A stretch of DNA of 64,000 nt from Patescibacteria group bacterium. Lineage in GTDB: Bacteria; Patescibacteriota; Minisyncoccia; Phycocordibacterales; JACZSL01. Location: contig JACZSL010000002.1 of NCBI GenBank assembly GCA_022574205.1, positions 11,965 through 75,964 of the forward strand, given 5' to 3'. Below, in pieces: positions 1 through 10,038 of this stretch. The notes beneath the pieces were generated by a model. The model did no database searches. It was not told the origin of the DNA and worked only from the letters and a program-made list of their open reading frames with translations. The position numbers and the translations under genes are program-made. How positions within the stretch are numbered: position 1 is the stretch's first letter; each line of letters begins with the position of its first letter.

Positions 1-3000
1 TTTCAATTCTTTATTAGCTGAAAATGCAACATGTCCATAGTCACTTGTTGCGAAATTTTGTTTCTTACGAAGACTTTGAATAAAACGAGTGACTTCGCGT
101 ACTGTTCCTTCTTCTATTAATTCAGGGGATAGGTGAGTGTTTAGTCCTACTTTATCTCCAAGTGATTTTTTAAACACAATCTCTTTTATATTTACTTCGC
201 TCAAAATAAGAGATAGGAGCTCTTCTTCTTTCTCTAGAGTTTTTTCTCCAATGAAAAGTGTCTGCAGTGGTTGCCGTACACGGGTTCCCGCTAGTTCACG
301 TGCTTCAAGACTTGCAGATACAACATTTCGAACATGTGTCATTTTTTCCAAAAGTTTTTTGTCTATCCTGCCCGCAATCGGCCAGCTTTCAAGATGAACG
401 CTTTCTTTTTCTTCTCCTTTGGATACGCCAAGATATATTATCTCTGCAATAAACGGCATAAACGGAGCAATGAGTTTTGACAACTCTATTAATACGAACC
501 GTGTTGTGGCAAGTGCATATTGCTTGTCTTCTTCATCATCACCCTTGAAGCGGTCGCGGGAACGACGGACATACCATGTTGAAAAGTCTGTGACAAATTC
601 CCTAATGGGACGAGACGCCTTGATCGTATTGAATCCTTCAAGGTTATTTGTTACTTCGTTATTAAGTTCTGCCAGCCGTGAGAGGATCCATTTATCAAGT
701 ACGTTCTTGCTATTATACGGCTTAACAGAGGCGTTATATTGGTCCTTATAGAGTCCGTAGAATTTAAAGATGTTGAAGAGAATTGTGACCAAACGATTTT
801 TAACTTCTTTAACATCATTGTCAGTAAACCGCATGTCTTCTGCTTGCATGACAACACTTCGCATCAAATAGTAGCGAAGTGCGTCAGAACCAAATTCGTT
901 TATTAACTCCATTGGGTCCGTGAAATTATTTTTTGATTTTGCTATTTTGCTGCCGTCCTCGGCCAAAATATTTCCTGTTGTAATAACATTTTTAAATGCT
1001 ATGTCACCAAAAAGTGCTGTTCCCAGTACGTGCAGATAATAAAACCATGTTCTGGTTTGTCCTATGTATTCCGCTATAAAGTCTCCGGGGCTTCTCTTTT
1101 CAAAAACCTTTTTGTTTTCAAATGGGTAATGATATTCTGCAAATGGCACTGACCCACTATCAACCCAACCGTCTAACACTTCTGGCACGCGTTCAAGTTC
1201 CTCTCCACCCTTACTAACAAGTTTTATGTTATCTATATACGGACGATGGAGATCGAGTTCAAAATTTTCGTTATGCGGTAGCGGAACAAAATCACATGAC
1301 TTAAATTTGCTTGTGTTTATATAATCTTCTTCATAACCGCGAAGATTTGCTACTTCTTTTTTAGTCGTAGCTCCTTTTGCAATAGCGTCAATCATCCACA
1401 CTCCGTATTCATGTGTAACAATCAAAATATTTTTATTAGTGTACTTCGCGTCAATTTCATAAAGAAACTCCGCTATACGTTTCTTCATGTCTAGGATATT
1501 CTCTCCATCTTTTGGTCGCTTAACCATCTTCTCTTCAATTGAAGAAAAGAAATCTCTGTACTCTTGGATTGGTCTTCCGTTATAAACTCCTGATTGTATT
1601 TCACGAATGCGTTCTTCTGTGATCAGCTTATTTTTCGGTAGCCCAAGCGTCTCTCTTACAATCTCGGCTGTTTCTTGTGTGCGAAAAAGCGGAGACGCAA
1701 AGATAAGATCTATCTTTTTCTTTGATAGTTTTCTGGCAGAGATCGATACATTTTTTCTGCCAAGCTCAGTTAGGTGTGAAGGTACAGAATTATCCGCGCT
1801 AATAATATTATTAACATTACTATCTGCCCCTCCATGTCGCATTATCGTGTACGTATTTAGGGATGACTTAATGTGACTCTTAAGTTCAGCGAGCGAACCT
1901 ATTACCACAATATCACCTCCTTTGGACTTCCAAATCGGAAGAGGTGAAGCCCAGTAACGGTTTCTAGAGATCGTCCAATCTGGCGCGCTCTTTAGATTGT
2001 GTAGAAATCTACCGTTCTTTAAATGCCCCGGGAACCAATTTATCTTTTTGTTATTTTTTATCAGTTTTCTCTTAATTTTCTGAATGTTTATAAACCAAGA
2101 AGACAATGCATTATATAAGAGAGCGGTTCCACACCGGTGACAGTGCGGATACGAGTGAGTGTAGTTGTCGCGACTAAACATAAGTCCCCGCTTTTCTAAA
2201 TCATCCTTTACCTTCTTTTCTGCCTTTTTAAAATATTCGCCGCGAATAAGTTTCGGAGCGAGATCGTTAAAGTGTCCATTTGGGTTTAAGAGTTGTACTT
2301 GTGGTAGATTGATTTTGAAGCCGAGGTCGTAGTCATCTTCTCCGTACATTACAGCTGTGTGCACTATCCCGGTGCCCTCGTCTGTCGTAACAAAGTCTGC
2401 TTCCGTAACATAGTGAGATTTCTTCTTTGTATCTTTTATCGCTAATACTTCAAAAAGCGGTTCGTATTCAATTCCAAGCAACTCTTTCCCTTTTATTTCT
2501 TTAACTTTTGTGTATTCTCCCGCTAAACCAGTTGCTAATATTTTTGTCGCTAATATTACATGCTCATCTCCTTTTGCGACAACGCCATAAACTATGTCCC
2601 TTCCAACCGCAAGCGCAACATTACCGGGAAGCGTCCATGGTGTTGTTGTCCAAGCAAGTAAAAATGTATTCTTTGGAAGATTATGCTTCTTCGGGTTCTT
2701 AACTTTAAACTTTACTGTAACGGCTTCCTCTGTAATGTCTTTGTAACTTCTATCCTGCGCAATCTCCGCTTTTGCCAGGGGTGTCTCGCAATGTGGACAA
2801 TACAAAAGCACCTTGCGTCCTTCGTACAACAACTTCTTGTCGTAGATTTGTTTTAATCCCCACCATACACTTTCGATAAACGAATTGTCCATTGTTTTGT
2901 ATGAATCATCAAAGTGAACCCAGCGCCCAATTCGATCAATGTATTTTTTCCATTGTTGCTCACAACGAAGTACGGCGTCGCGGCACGTTTGATTAAACTT

Positions 3001-3342
3001 CTCTACGCCTATTTCTTCAATTTCTTTTTTAGTTTTGAGACCGAGTTCCCCCTCGACCATGTTTTCGATTGGGAGACCGTGACAATCCCAACCCCACCTT
3101 CGACGCACATGGTACCCGCGCATGGTCTTGTATCGTGGAATAACGTCTTTAATAATTGAGCTTAAAAGGTTTCCGGCGTGCGGGAGACCGGTAGCAAACG
3201 GAGGGCCGTCGTAGAAGACAAATTCCCCTTTTGGGGCCCTTTTTTCAAGGCTTTTTTCGAAAATTTGGTTTTTTTGCCAAAAAGCTAGAATCTCTTCCTC
3301 TCGTTTCGCCGTTTCACTTATTTTACGCTTACTTTCCAGCAT
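1..3342 (-). CDS. ileS: Isoleucyl-tRNA synthetase (eukaryote-like type), 3'-partial at the window edge, with a ~200-aa histidine-phosphatase (PGAM-family) domain inserted
   Basis: Manual minus-strand translation from ATG at 3342: ...PPFATGLPHAGN (HIGH-region variant)... TTPWTLPGN and HTAVMYGEDDYDLG (CP1 editing)... DWTISRNRYWASPLPIW... [RHGGADSN... SPLFRTQETA... IVTHEYG]... DLHRPYID... VLDGWVDSGS... KIAKS. No minus-strand ORF in the supplied track terminates inside 1-3342, consistent with one continuous frame running off the window. Confidence 0.85.
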   Translation of the reverse strand, partial: MLESKRKISETAKREEEILAFWQKNQIFEKSLEKRAPKGEFVFYDGPPFATGLPHAGNLLSSIIKDVIPRYKTMRGYHVRRRWGWDCHGLPIENMVEGELGLKTKKEIEEIGVEKFNQTCRDAVLRCEQQWKKYIDRIGRWVHFDDSYKTMDNSFIESVWWGLKQIYDKKLLYEGRKVLLYCPHCETPLAKAEIAQDRSYKDITEEAVTVKFKVKNPKKHNLPKNTFLLAWTTTPWTLPGNVALAVGRDIVYGVVAKGDEHVILATKILATGLAGEYTKVKEIKGKELLGIEYEPLFEVLAIKDTKKKSHYVTEADFVTTDEGTGIVHTAVMYGEDDYDLGFKINLPQVQLLNPNGHFNDLAPKLIRGEYFKKAEKKVKDDLEKRGLMFSRDNYTHSYPHCHRCGTALLYNALSSWFINIQKIKRKLIKNNKKINWFPGHLKNGRFLHNLKSAPDWTISRNRYWASPLPIWKSKGGDIVVIGSLAELKSHIKSSLNTYTIMRHGGADSNVNNIISADNSVPSHLTELGRKNVSISARKLSKKKIDLIFASPLFRTQETAEIVRETLGLPKNKLITEERIREIQSGVYNGRPIQEYRDFFSSIEEKMVKRPKDGENILDMKKRIAEFLYEIDAKYTNKNILIVTHEYGVWMIDAIAKGATTKKEVANLRGYEEDYINTSKFKSCDFVPLPHNENFELDLHRPYIDNIKLVSKGGEELERVPEVLDGWVDSGSVPFAEYHYPFENKKVFEKRSPGDFIAEYIGQTRTWFYYLHVLGTALFGDIAFKNVITTGNILAEDGSKIAKSKNNFTDPMELINEFGSDALRYYLMRSVVMQAEDMRFTDNDVKEVKNRLVTILFNIFKFYGLYKDQYNASVKPYNSKNVLDKWILSRLAELNNEVTNNLEGFNTIKASRPIREFVTDFSTWYVRRSRDRFKGDDEEDKQYALATTRFVLIELSKLIAPFMPFIAEIIYLGVSKGEEKESVHLESWPIAGRIDKKLLEKMTHVRNVVSASLEARELAGTRVRQPLQTLFIGEKTLEKEEELLSLILSEVNIKEIVFKKSLGDKVGLNTHLSPELIEEGTVREVTRFIQSLRKKQNFATSDYGHVAFSANKELK

Positions 3343-3407
3343 ATAGAAGCTAATACTAGCACCATTACAATCTTGTGTAAAAATCGAAAGTAGGTCAAAG
3401 TGAAAGA

Positions 3408-4022
3408 GTGAAAGAGTGTGTTTTAAAACATTTTGAGAAAGTAGACAAAAAACTTTTCGAGGCAGTAAGTCCTGAAATGAAAAGGGTGACTCTTGATAAT
3501 GCCAAAAAAACACCCAATGAATATTTTATATCTCTCTGCAGAAGTATCGTCGGCCAACAACTTTCAAGAAAAGCCGCGCGAACTATTTATCTTCGGTTCA
3601 AAGCACTCTTTCCGAAAAACACGATTTCTCCTAAAAAATTACTCAAGTTTACAGAACACGACCTTCGTGGAGTCGGTATGTCATACGGAAAAGCTCGAGC
3701 CTTACGCGACTTAGCAGATAAAATATTAGAGAAGAAAATATCTTTTGCGTGCATTCATGAATATGACAACGAAAAAATTGAGGACATGCTTTTACAAATC
3801 CACGGGGTAGGTCCGTGGACAGTTGAGATGTTTATGATGTTTTCGCTTGGACGCGAAGACATATTTTCAACAAAAGACTTGGGTCTTCAAAAAGGTGTTC
3901 GGAAGATCTACAATCTCAAATCAAAACCAGACGAAAAGAAAATGGAGAAGATCAGCAAAAAATGGTCCCCTTATCAAACCTACGCCGCTCTTATTCTTTG
4001 GAATTCTGTAGATAATCAATAA
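3408..4022 (+). CDS. alkA: DNA-3-methyladenine glycosylase II / HhH-GPD base-excision glycosylase
   Basis: HhH-GPD motif ...LLQIHGVGPWTVEMFMMFSLGREDIFSTKDLGLQKG... Confidence 0.7.
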   Translation: MKECVLKHFEKVDKKLFEAVSPEMKRVTLDNAKKTPNEYFISLCRSIVGQQLSRKAARTIYLRFKALFPKNTISPKKLLKFTEHDLRGVGMSYGKARALRDLADKILEKKISFACIHEYDNEKIEDMLLQIHGVGPWTVEMFMMFSLGREDIFSTKDLGLQKGVRKIYNLKSKPDEKKMEKISKKWSPYQTYAALILWNSVDNQ

Positions 4023-4040
4023 AAAACAAAAAGCGCCCGT

Positions 4041-4295
4041 CTAAGCAACGGACGCACTTTTTGTCTTCGGGGCTTTTGGCATCTTAGTATGATAAACTCT
4101 GATGCTTTGGTCATCTCGAGCGCCCACTGATCCGACTGCCCGGTCGATTTCTTCTTCTCTTTCTGCAACAAATATTGCTCCATGGGGTTCGCCTGGAATG
4201 ACGAATGCCCATGGCTTCTGCACTATTCCGCAGGCAATTAGAATACTTTCTTCAGGACTCACCGTAACACTATTACGCTTAGGTGAAATATACAT
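4041..4295 (-). CDS. hypothetical small protein
   Basis: 84-aa ORF with protein-like composition, convergent with alkA; no recognisable family. Confidence 0.25.
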   Translation of the reverse strand: MYISPKRNSVTVSPEESILIACGIVQKPWAFVIPGEPHGAIFVAEREEEIDRAVGSVGARDDQSIRVYHTKMPKAPKTKSASVA

Positions 4296-4489
4296 ATTTT
4301 TCTCCCAAATAAAAGTTACATTGCGGTGTGACTCCTATCTTAATTATGCTCTTTAAAACAAGAGTTAAAAGAGTGCGGGTGTGGACAACTCAAAAATCTG
4401 TGGTTTTACCACAGATTTCATAAGATACCTAGCTTTGTAAAACGAAAACACCCAAGGGGTTTTCATTTACCCCTTGAGCGATTACTTTT

Positions 4490-4656
4490 TACTTGAGTGC
4501 TTCTCTAATCTGTTGCTTTGTCACCAAACTGCGATGACTCATCTGACCCCATATGAAAGAAACTCTCCGCGCTAAACTTTCGTTTGGCGACATACTCCGT
4601 CCTGCTGATTTGCGCAACGTTTCAAGCAATTCTGACGAAGTCTTAAGTTCATTCAT
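4490..4656 (-). CDS. hypothetical small protein (~55 aa), below the ORF-track length cutoff
   Basis: Manual translation MNELKTSSELLETLRKSAGRSMSPNESLARRVSFIWGQMSHRSLVTKQQIREALK. Two hairpins followed by T-runs lie downstream on the minus strand at about 4385-4410 and 4455-4485. Confidence 0.25.
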
Positions 4657-4712
4657 GCTAATTTACTCCTTGCAATCCACCTTGAGCGTAGCAAACGCGC
4701 ATGTGTTGTCAA

Positions 4713-6374
4713 TTACATATGCTCTGGTGTTTTAATACCTAAAAGCCACAGGCCGTTTTGCATTGTGATTTGGAATGCACGAGTCAGCGCAAGGCCGTAT
4801 TTCTCGTTTTTTCCACCAATGACCGGCACATTTGCATACCAACTGTTAAATGCGCTTGCTAACTCGGTTAAATACACCGTCACATGATGCGGCTCATACT
4901 CGACTTTTGCTCGCTTGGCTATTTCAGGAAAACGATAGAGTATCCGTTCAAGCTCTGTCACAACTTTCGGCGCATCTTTAACATCCCCTTCTCCTCCCTT
5001 AGAGAGGAGTGCGAGTGAGCGCGTATGCGCGTACTGAAGATACGGCCCAGAGTCGCCCTCAAAAGAAAGTGCTTTATCAAAATCAAATACAATGTCACGA
5101 CCCGTTGCTTGTTTAAGTATTGAAAACTTAAGCCCTCCTACTGAAATACTTTCCGCAACTGCTTCTTTATCTTTAATATCTCTGTCTTTCATTTTTTCCT
5201 CCACAGCCTTCTCCACCTCTGCCAAAAGCGATTCCGCAGAAATTACGTCTCCTTTTCGCGACGACATCTTGCCGCTTGGTAGCCTCATCATGCCATGTGT
5301 TATGTGCAACATCTTTTTCTCAAGCTTTGGATGCACTTCCCCAAATGCAGCACGCATTACTTTAAAGTATTCTTTTTGTTCTTCTGCAGTAATTGTGATT
5401 GAAAGATCAAGAGAATAATCATTAAATTTCTGCGTCGCAAGACCTAAATCTTTTGTCTCATATGTTGGAAGTCCCTCTGAAGTAATAAAAACCCTTGTAT
5501 GTAAGCCATGTTTTTCGCCGCGATACACAATCGCTCCATCGCTCTCCTCAAATACTTTTTTATTTTCTTCTACAAACTTTTTACCAACACCAACCATTTC
5601 ACTTTCAAAGTAATATTTGTCGAACTTTGTCCCAAGTTTTTTATAAATCTCCTCAAAATGTTCTAGGGAAACCTCGCGCCCACGTTTATACAGTTCGTCT
5701 ACAACAACATCTCCCTTGGAGTAAACTTTTTTATTAATCTCATCTATTGTTTCTTTTGCTTTTACATTATTCTCATATGCCTTAGCACCATATGCATACG
5801 CTTCTCCAAGATATTTTACTGTAACATTTTTCTCTTTCAGCTCCGTCATTCCATAAATCGCTTTTGCAACATGAAGTCCCACATCTCCTTGATAGTTTGC
5901 ACGAATCGTTTCCGCTCCGGAATTTTCTATAAGACGCGCGATGGATTCACCAATGGCGTTTGCCATTAAGTGACCAATGTGCATTTCTTTAAACGGATTG
6001 GGATCAGTGTATTCGACCATAACTTTCTTTCCCTTAAGTGTTTCGTTCTTACCCCATTTTTCCTTTTGATTTATGATCATTTCTGTTTGTGCTGTAAAAA
6101 ACTCTCGAGACAAATGGAAGTTAATAAATCCCGGCCCGGCGACTTCTATTTTTTCAATCTCATCTGTTTTTTTCTTATTTAAAATTTCAACAATCCTTTC
6201 CGCCAATTCTTTAGGGTTCTTGCCCTCATGTTTAGCGCACATCATAGCTATATTCGTCGAAAAATCCCCATTACTGAGCTCATTTGGGTGCTCGAGCAAA
6301 ACCTCCTCGGTTTTTATACCAAGCTTCTTAAGTGCTTTTTGTATTTGCTCCACAATTAACGTATATATGTTCAT
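4713..6374 (-). CDS. argS: Arginyl-tRNA synthetase
   Basis: Class I aaRS with HIGH-type motif (EMHIGHLMANAIGE) and ArgRS N-terminal and anticodon-binding architecture. Confidence 0.9.
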   Translation of the reverse strand: MNIYTLIVEQIQKALKKLGIKTEEVLLEHPNELSNGDFSTNIAMMCAKHEGKNPKELAERIVEILNKKKTDEIEKIEVAGPGFINFHLSREFFTAQTEMIINQKEKWGKNETLKGKKVMVEYTDPNPFKEMHIGHLMANAIGESIARLIENSGAETIRANYQGDVGLHVAKAIYGMTELKEKNVTVKYLGEAYAYGAKAYENNVKAKETIDEINKKVYSKGDVVVDELYKRGREVSLEHFEEIYKKLGTKFDKYYFESEMVGVGKKFVEENKKVFEESDGAIVYRGEKHGLHTRVFITSEGLPTYETKDLGLATQKFNDYSLDLSITITAEEQKEYFKVMRAAFGEVHPKLEKKMLHITHGMMRLPSGKMSSRKGDVISAESLLAEVEKAVEEKMKDRDIKDKEAVAESISVGGLKFSILKQATGRDIVFDFDKALSFEGDSGPYLQYAHTRSLALLSKGGEGDVKDAPKVVTELERILYRFPEIAKRAKVEYEPHHVTVYLTELASAFNSWYANVPVIGGKNEKYGLALTRAFQITMQNGLWLLGIKTPEHM

Positions 6375-6385
6375 ATGCTATAAGA

Positions 6386-7672
6386 TTACACAAACGAGTC
6401 AGGAATGGGAAAATTTTTGGAGAGTTCAAATATCTCGTACCTAATTTTCTTTTTCGTGTTTGCGTCGTCCATATTTTCTAGTGTGTCGATGATAAGTTCC
6501 GCAACACGTGCACATTCTTTTTCGCCAAACCCGCGAGTTGTAATAGCTGGCGTTCCAAATCTTATACCAGAAGGGTCCATAGGTTTGCGTGGATCGTTTG
6601 CAATCATGTTCATGTTGAGTGTTATGCCAACTTTGTCCAACACCGTTTGCGCGTCTTTACCACCCACATTAAGTGAGCCGAAAACATCTGCAAGAATAAG
6701 ATGGTTTGAAGTTCCGCCAGCAAGCATGCGAATATTTCGCGCATGAAAAACTTTTTCCATGGCTTTTGCGTTTTTCAATATCTGTTTGGTATATTTCTTG
6801 AAAGACGGTGATAATGCTTCTTTGAAACAAACTGCTTTGGCAGCAATTTGGCTCATGTGTGGACCTCCTTGAAGCCCTGGAAATACGGCTTTGTTGACCG
6901 CTTTTGCGAGATCTTCACTATTGCGAACAAGGATCATTCCACCTCGAGGTCCCCGAAGCGTCTTATGTGTTGTTGTAGTTATGACATCAAAACCGTAATC
7001 AAAAGGATTTTTATGAGATCCTCCTGCAATTAACCCTGCAACGTGCGCCATGTCTGCGACAGTGTATGCCCCTACTTCACGACCTATCTCTACAAACTTT
7101 TCATAATCAAGTTCTCGCGAATACGCAGAGTATCCTGCAAGTATTATTTTTGGTTTCTCTTTTTTTGCAGTTTTAAGTAATGCGTCGTAATCAATCTCTC
7201 CAGTTTCCAGATCTTTCATGCCATAGCGTACAAAGTTAAATACTTTTGTCATGACTGTCGCCGGGCTACCATGCGTTAAGTGTCCGCCGTGCGAAAGATC
7301 CATTCCGAGAACGGTATCTCCGGGTTTCATTAATGCAAAAAACATCGCGACATTTGCCGGCGCGCCTGAAAGCGGTTGAACGTTAGCGTATTTACAATTA
7401 AAGAGTTTGCGTGCTCTGTCGCGCGCAAGATTTTCTACATCATCAGTAAACTCTTGCCCACCGTAGTAACGCTTGCCGGGATATCCTTCAGAATATTTGT
7501 TGGTTAAAACGCTGCCAAGAGTCTCGAGCACGGCACGCGAGACGTAGTTTTCCGAAGGGATAAGTTCAAGCCCTTCAGCTTGTCGCTTTTCCTCTCCTTT
7601 TATAGCCTTGTAGATTGCTGCATCCTCGGTTTTTAATCTTGAATGTTCCATATTTATAGTAGTGTCGTCCAT
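6386..7672 (-). CDS. glyA: Serine hydroxymethyltransferase
   Basis: LELIPSENYVSRAVLETLGSVLTNKYSEGYPGKRYYGG...; PLP-lysine region THKTLRGPRGG. Confidence 0.95.
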   Translation of the reverse strand: MDDTTINMEHSRLKTEDAAIYKAIKGEEKRQAEGLELIPSENYVSRAVLETLGSVLTNKYSEGYPGKRYYGGQEFTDDVENLARDRARKLFNCKYANVQPLSGAPANVAMFFALMKPGDTVLGMDLSHGGHLTHGSPATVMTKVFNFVRYGMKDLETGEIDYDALLKTAKKEKPKIILAGYSAYSRELDYEKFVEIGREVGAYTVADMAHVAGLIAGGSHKNPFDYGFDVITTTTHKTLRGPRGGMILVRNSEDLAKAVNKAVFPGLQGGPHMSQIAAKAVCFKEALSPSFKKYTKQILKNAKAMEKVFHARNIRMLAGGTSNHLILADVFGSLNVGGKDAQTVLDKVGITLNMNMIANDPRKPMDPSGIRFGTPAITTRGFGEKECARVAELIIDTLENMDDANTKKKIRYEIFELSKNFPIPDSFV

Positions 7673-7749
7673 TGTACCATTTTATAAAAAAGTTAAAAAA
7701 TGAGTGATTTGATGGACGAACTCAAAGAAGGTATGATGAGCGTTATACT

Positions 7750-8217
7750 ATGAGTAAAAATAGCAAAAGCGAAAGAAATAATTTTGTTGACTTGCGTCAT
7801 GCTGCTAGAGACTCAGGATACCATGATGTAATTGCTGATATTTTAGATATTAAAAAATGTCCGTTTTGTCCTGAAAATTTTAAGTGGCACAAAAAACCCA
7901 CACTAGCCAAAGAGCGTGGGTGGTTTATAACTGAAAATACATGGCCATACGAGAATGCAAAACATCACTTCCTCATCATCCCAAAAAAACATATTGTAAC
8001 CATAGATGATGTGAGTGATGAAGATTTTAATGCAGTCAAAAAATTGACACGCGTGGTCAGTGAAAAACATAATATAACCGGAGGAGGCTTAACACTGAGA
8101 TTTGGAGACTCAACATTCACCGGATCAACAGTAACTCACTTACACTTTCATCTCATTGTCCCTGAGTTAGAAAGGGGGGAGAAGAATGCTAAACCTGTGT
8201 ATTTCCCCATTGGATAA
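7750..8217 (+). CDS. HIT-family nucleotide hydrolase/transferase with N-terminal CxxC
   Basis: Histidine triad HLHFHLIVP; CPFCP motif. Confidence 0.6.
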   Translation: MSKNSKSERNNFVDLRHAARDSGYHDVIADILDIKKCPFCPENFKWHKKPTLAKERGWFITENTWPYENAKHHFLIIPKKHIVTIDDVSDEDFNAVKKLTRVVSEKHNITGGGLTLRFGDSTFTGSTVTHLHFHLIVPELERGEKNAKPVYFPIG

Positions 8218-8271
8218 ATGTAAAAAAATACGCCGCAACAGCGGTGTATTATGTCTGACTTCTCGCAAATA

Positions 8272-9126
8272 CTAAAGCGCGACATCTACCTTTATAAATG
8301 GGTGTGGGTCGTATTCTTCGAGCGTGAAGTCGTTCATGGTGAAGTTAAATATGTCGGTAATTTCGGGGGTCAGTGTTACTTTCGGAAATGGCCGTGGTTC
8401 TCGTTTGAGCTGCTCTCTTGCTCCTTCTTTATGGCTTGCGTACAGATGGGCATCAAGAACGGTGTGTACAAACTCGCCGGGTTTATGCCCAGTAACTTGT
8501 GCTAGCATAAGGAGAAGTAATGAGTACATACCAATGTTGTAAGGTACTCCCACAAAAAAATCGCCACTTCTCTGCGACATATGGAGTGACAATACCCCAT
8601 CTTGGGCAAAGCACATAATGTCGCCGTGGCACGGGGCAAGAAAAGCTTTATCGAGATTCCCCGGATTCCATGTTGTTGCTTTCCATCTACGCCATTCGGG
8701 GTGCTTTTTAAGCCCGTTTACAATCCATTCGATTTGATTAATCTCACGTCCGTCTGCTGTCCGCCAATGAATCCAGTTTGGTCCGTATATGGGCCCAACA
8801 TCACCAGCCTCAAGACCAAGCGGTTCGGAAATCTCTTTGGTTGCCCATGGGTCCCACATGGTGACGCCTTGTTCGTGAAGAAAATCTAATTTGCTCTCGC
8901 CGCGCAAATTCCAAAGTAATTCTGCCACGACATTTTTCCAAAAAACCTTTTTCGTCGTAAGTAATGGAAACTTTCCGCCACTAAGATCAAAGCGCATTGT
9001 GCGAACAAATACTGCAGTGGTGGGGTCATCTTGTGGTCCTTTTTTGGGGGCTGCAGAAAGTAATTCCTCTAGAATCCTCAAGTACTGATATTCTGGATGT
9101 TGCGTTTTATTGGTTGAAGTTGCCAT
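8272..9126 (-). CDS. thyA: Thymidylate synthase (ThyA type)
   Basis: Near full-length similarity to ThyA: ...RRWKATTWNPGNLDKAFLAPCHGDIMCFA..., ...DAHLYASH... Confidence 0.95.
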   Translation of the reverse strand: MATSTNKTQHPEYQYLRILEELLSAAPKKGPQDDPTTAVFVRTMRFDLSGGKFPLLTTKKVFWKNVVAELLWNLRGESKLDFLHEQGVTMWDPWATKEISEPLGLEAGDVGPIYGPNWIHWRTADGREINQIEWIVNGLKKHPEWRRWKATTWNPGNLDKAFLAPCHGDIMCFAQDGVLSLHMSQRSGDFFVGVPYNIGMYSLLLLMLAQVTGHKPGEFVHTVLDAHLYASHKEGAREQLKREPRPFPKVTLTPEITDIFNFTMNDFTLEEYDPHPFIKVDVAL

Positions 9127-9198
9127 AAATCACCTTTTGTGGATATCTCCAATATCGTCTTAGCTCAAGATACCACGAATGGCAAGTTGTGTAAAAAT

Positions 9199-10029
9199 CT
9201 ATTTGGAAATTGGGATTAAAAATAAAGACACCCCCGCTTGTTTCAACACCATACCGCCATCGCAATTAGACGATCCTTGACTAAAATAACATGTATCGAT
9301 CCCAGAGTGTGCAATTAATTTGGCGCAAACTGAGCAAGGAAAATGCGTGACATATAGCTTGGTACCCCCCAAAGAGAATCCCTCTTTCGCTGCGCGAGCA
9401 ATAATCAGTTGTTCGGCGTGTATGGTTGTGGAGAATTCTTGAAGCTCTCCAACTTCTAAAAAATCACGTATTGCACCGTGCGTATAAGGTTCAGTGTCAT
9501 TTGGAACGCCTTCATTATAAGCCCTCAAAATACATTTACCGTTCTTCACTAGCACAGCTCCAACCTGGCGCCACCAATCACTGCTCTTTTCTGCTTCTTG
9601 ATACGCATTCTGCATAAAAGATTTGTCTTTAGAATATAGAGATTCAGGAGCATTAACAGGATTTGTTGTGATTACAGAATCTTTGTCCCAACGCAAAAAT
9701 ACTGATTTAAAAACCACATCGCTCTCTTTAAAATACTTTTTGTGTATAGATCGCGAGATCTTGTCGTTAATTAGCAAGAGTTTCTCATTAACTAAGCGTG
9801 TAACCGCATTTTCATGTAGGATATTTACTTTAACCCCAAGGGTTATCAATATTTTTCCTACTGTCTTCGTCTCAAGAGATGCTATGTCAGGTTCGTGCGG
9901 CGAAAGTTTTGAGACAAATTTTCTGTCGATAAGATAAACTGTACCAATGGTTTTTTTATACTTAGAAAAGAATTCAAGATACCCTTTATGAATAACGGGA
10001 ACATAAATAATAAGATCTCTCTTGTTCAT
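9199..10029 (-). CDS. dCMP deaminase (ComEB-like) with a ~130-aa N-terminal domain of unknown function
   Basis: C-terminal CMP/dCMP deaminase zinc motif HAEQLIIARAAK...PCSVCAKLI. Confidence 0.75.
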   Translation of the reverse strand: MNKRDLIIYVPVIHKGYLEFFSKYKKTIGTVYLIDRKFVSKLSPHEPDIASLETKTVGKILITLGVKVNILHENAVTRLVNEKLLLINDKISRSIHKKYFKESDVVFKSVFLRWDKDSVITTNPVNAPESLYSKDKSFMQNAYQEAEKSSDWWRQVGAVLVKNGKCILRAYNEGVPNDTEPYTHGAIRDFLEVGELQEFSTTIHAEQLIIARAAKEGFSLGGTKLYVTHFPCSVCAKLIAHSGIDTCYFSQGSSNCDGGMVLKQAGVSLFLIPISK

Positions 10030-10038
10030 TTTTATGAA

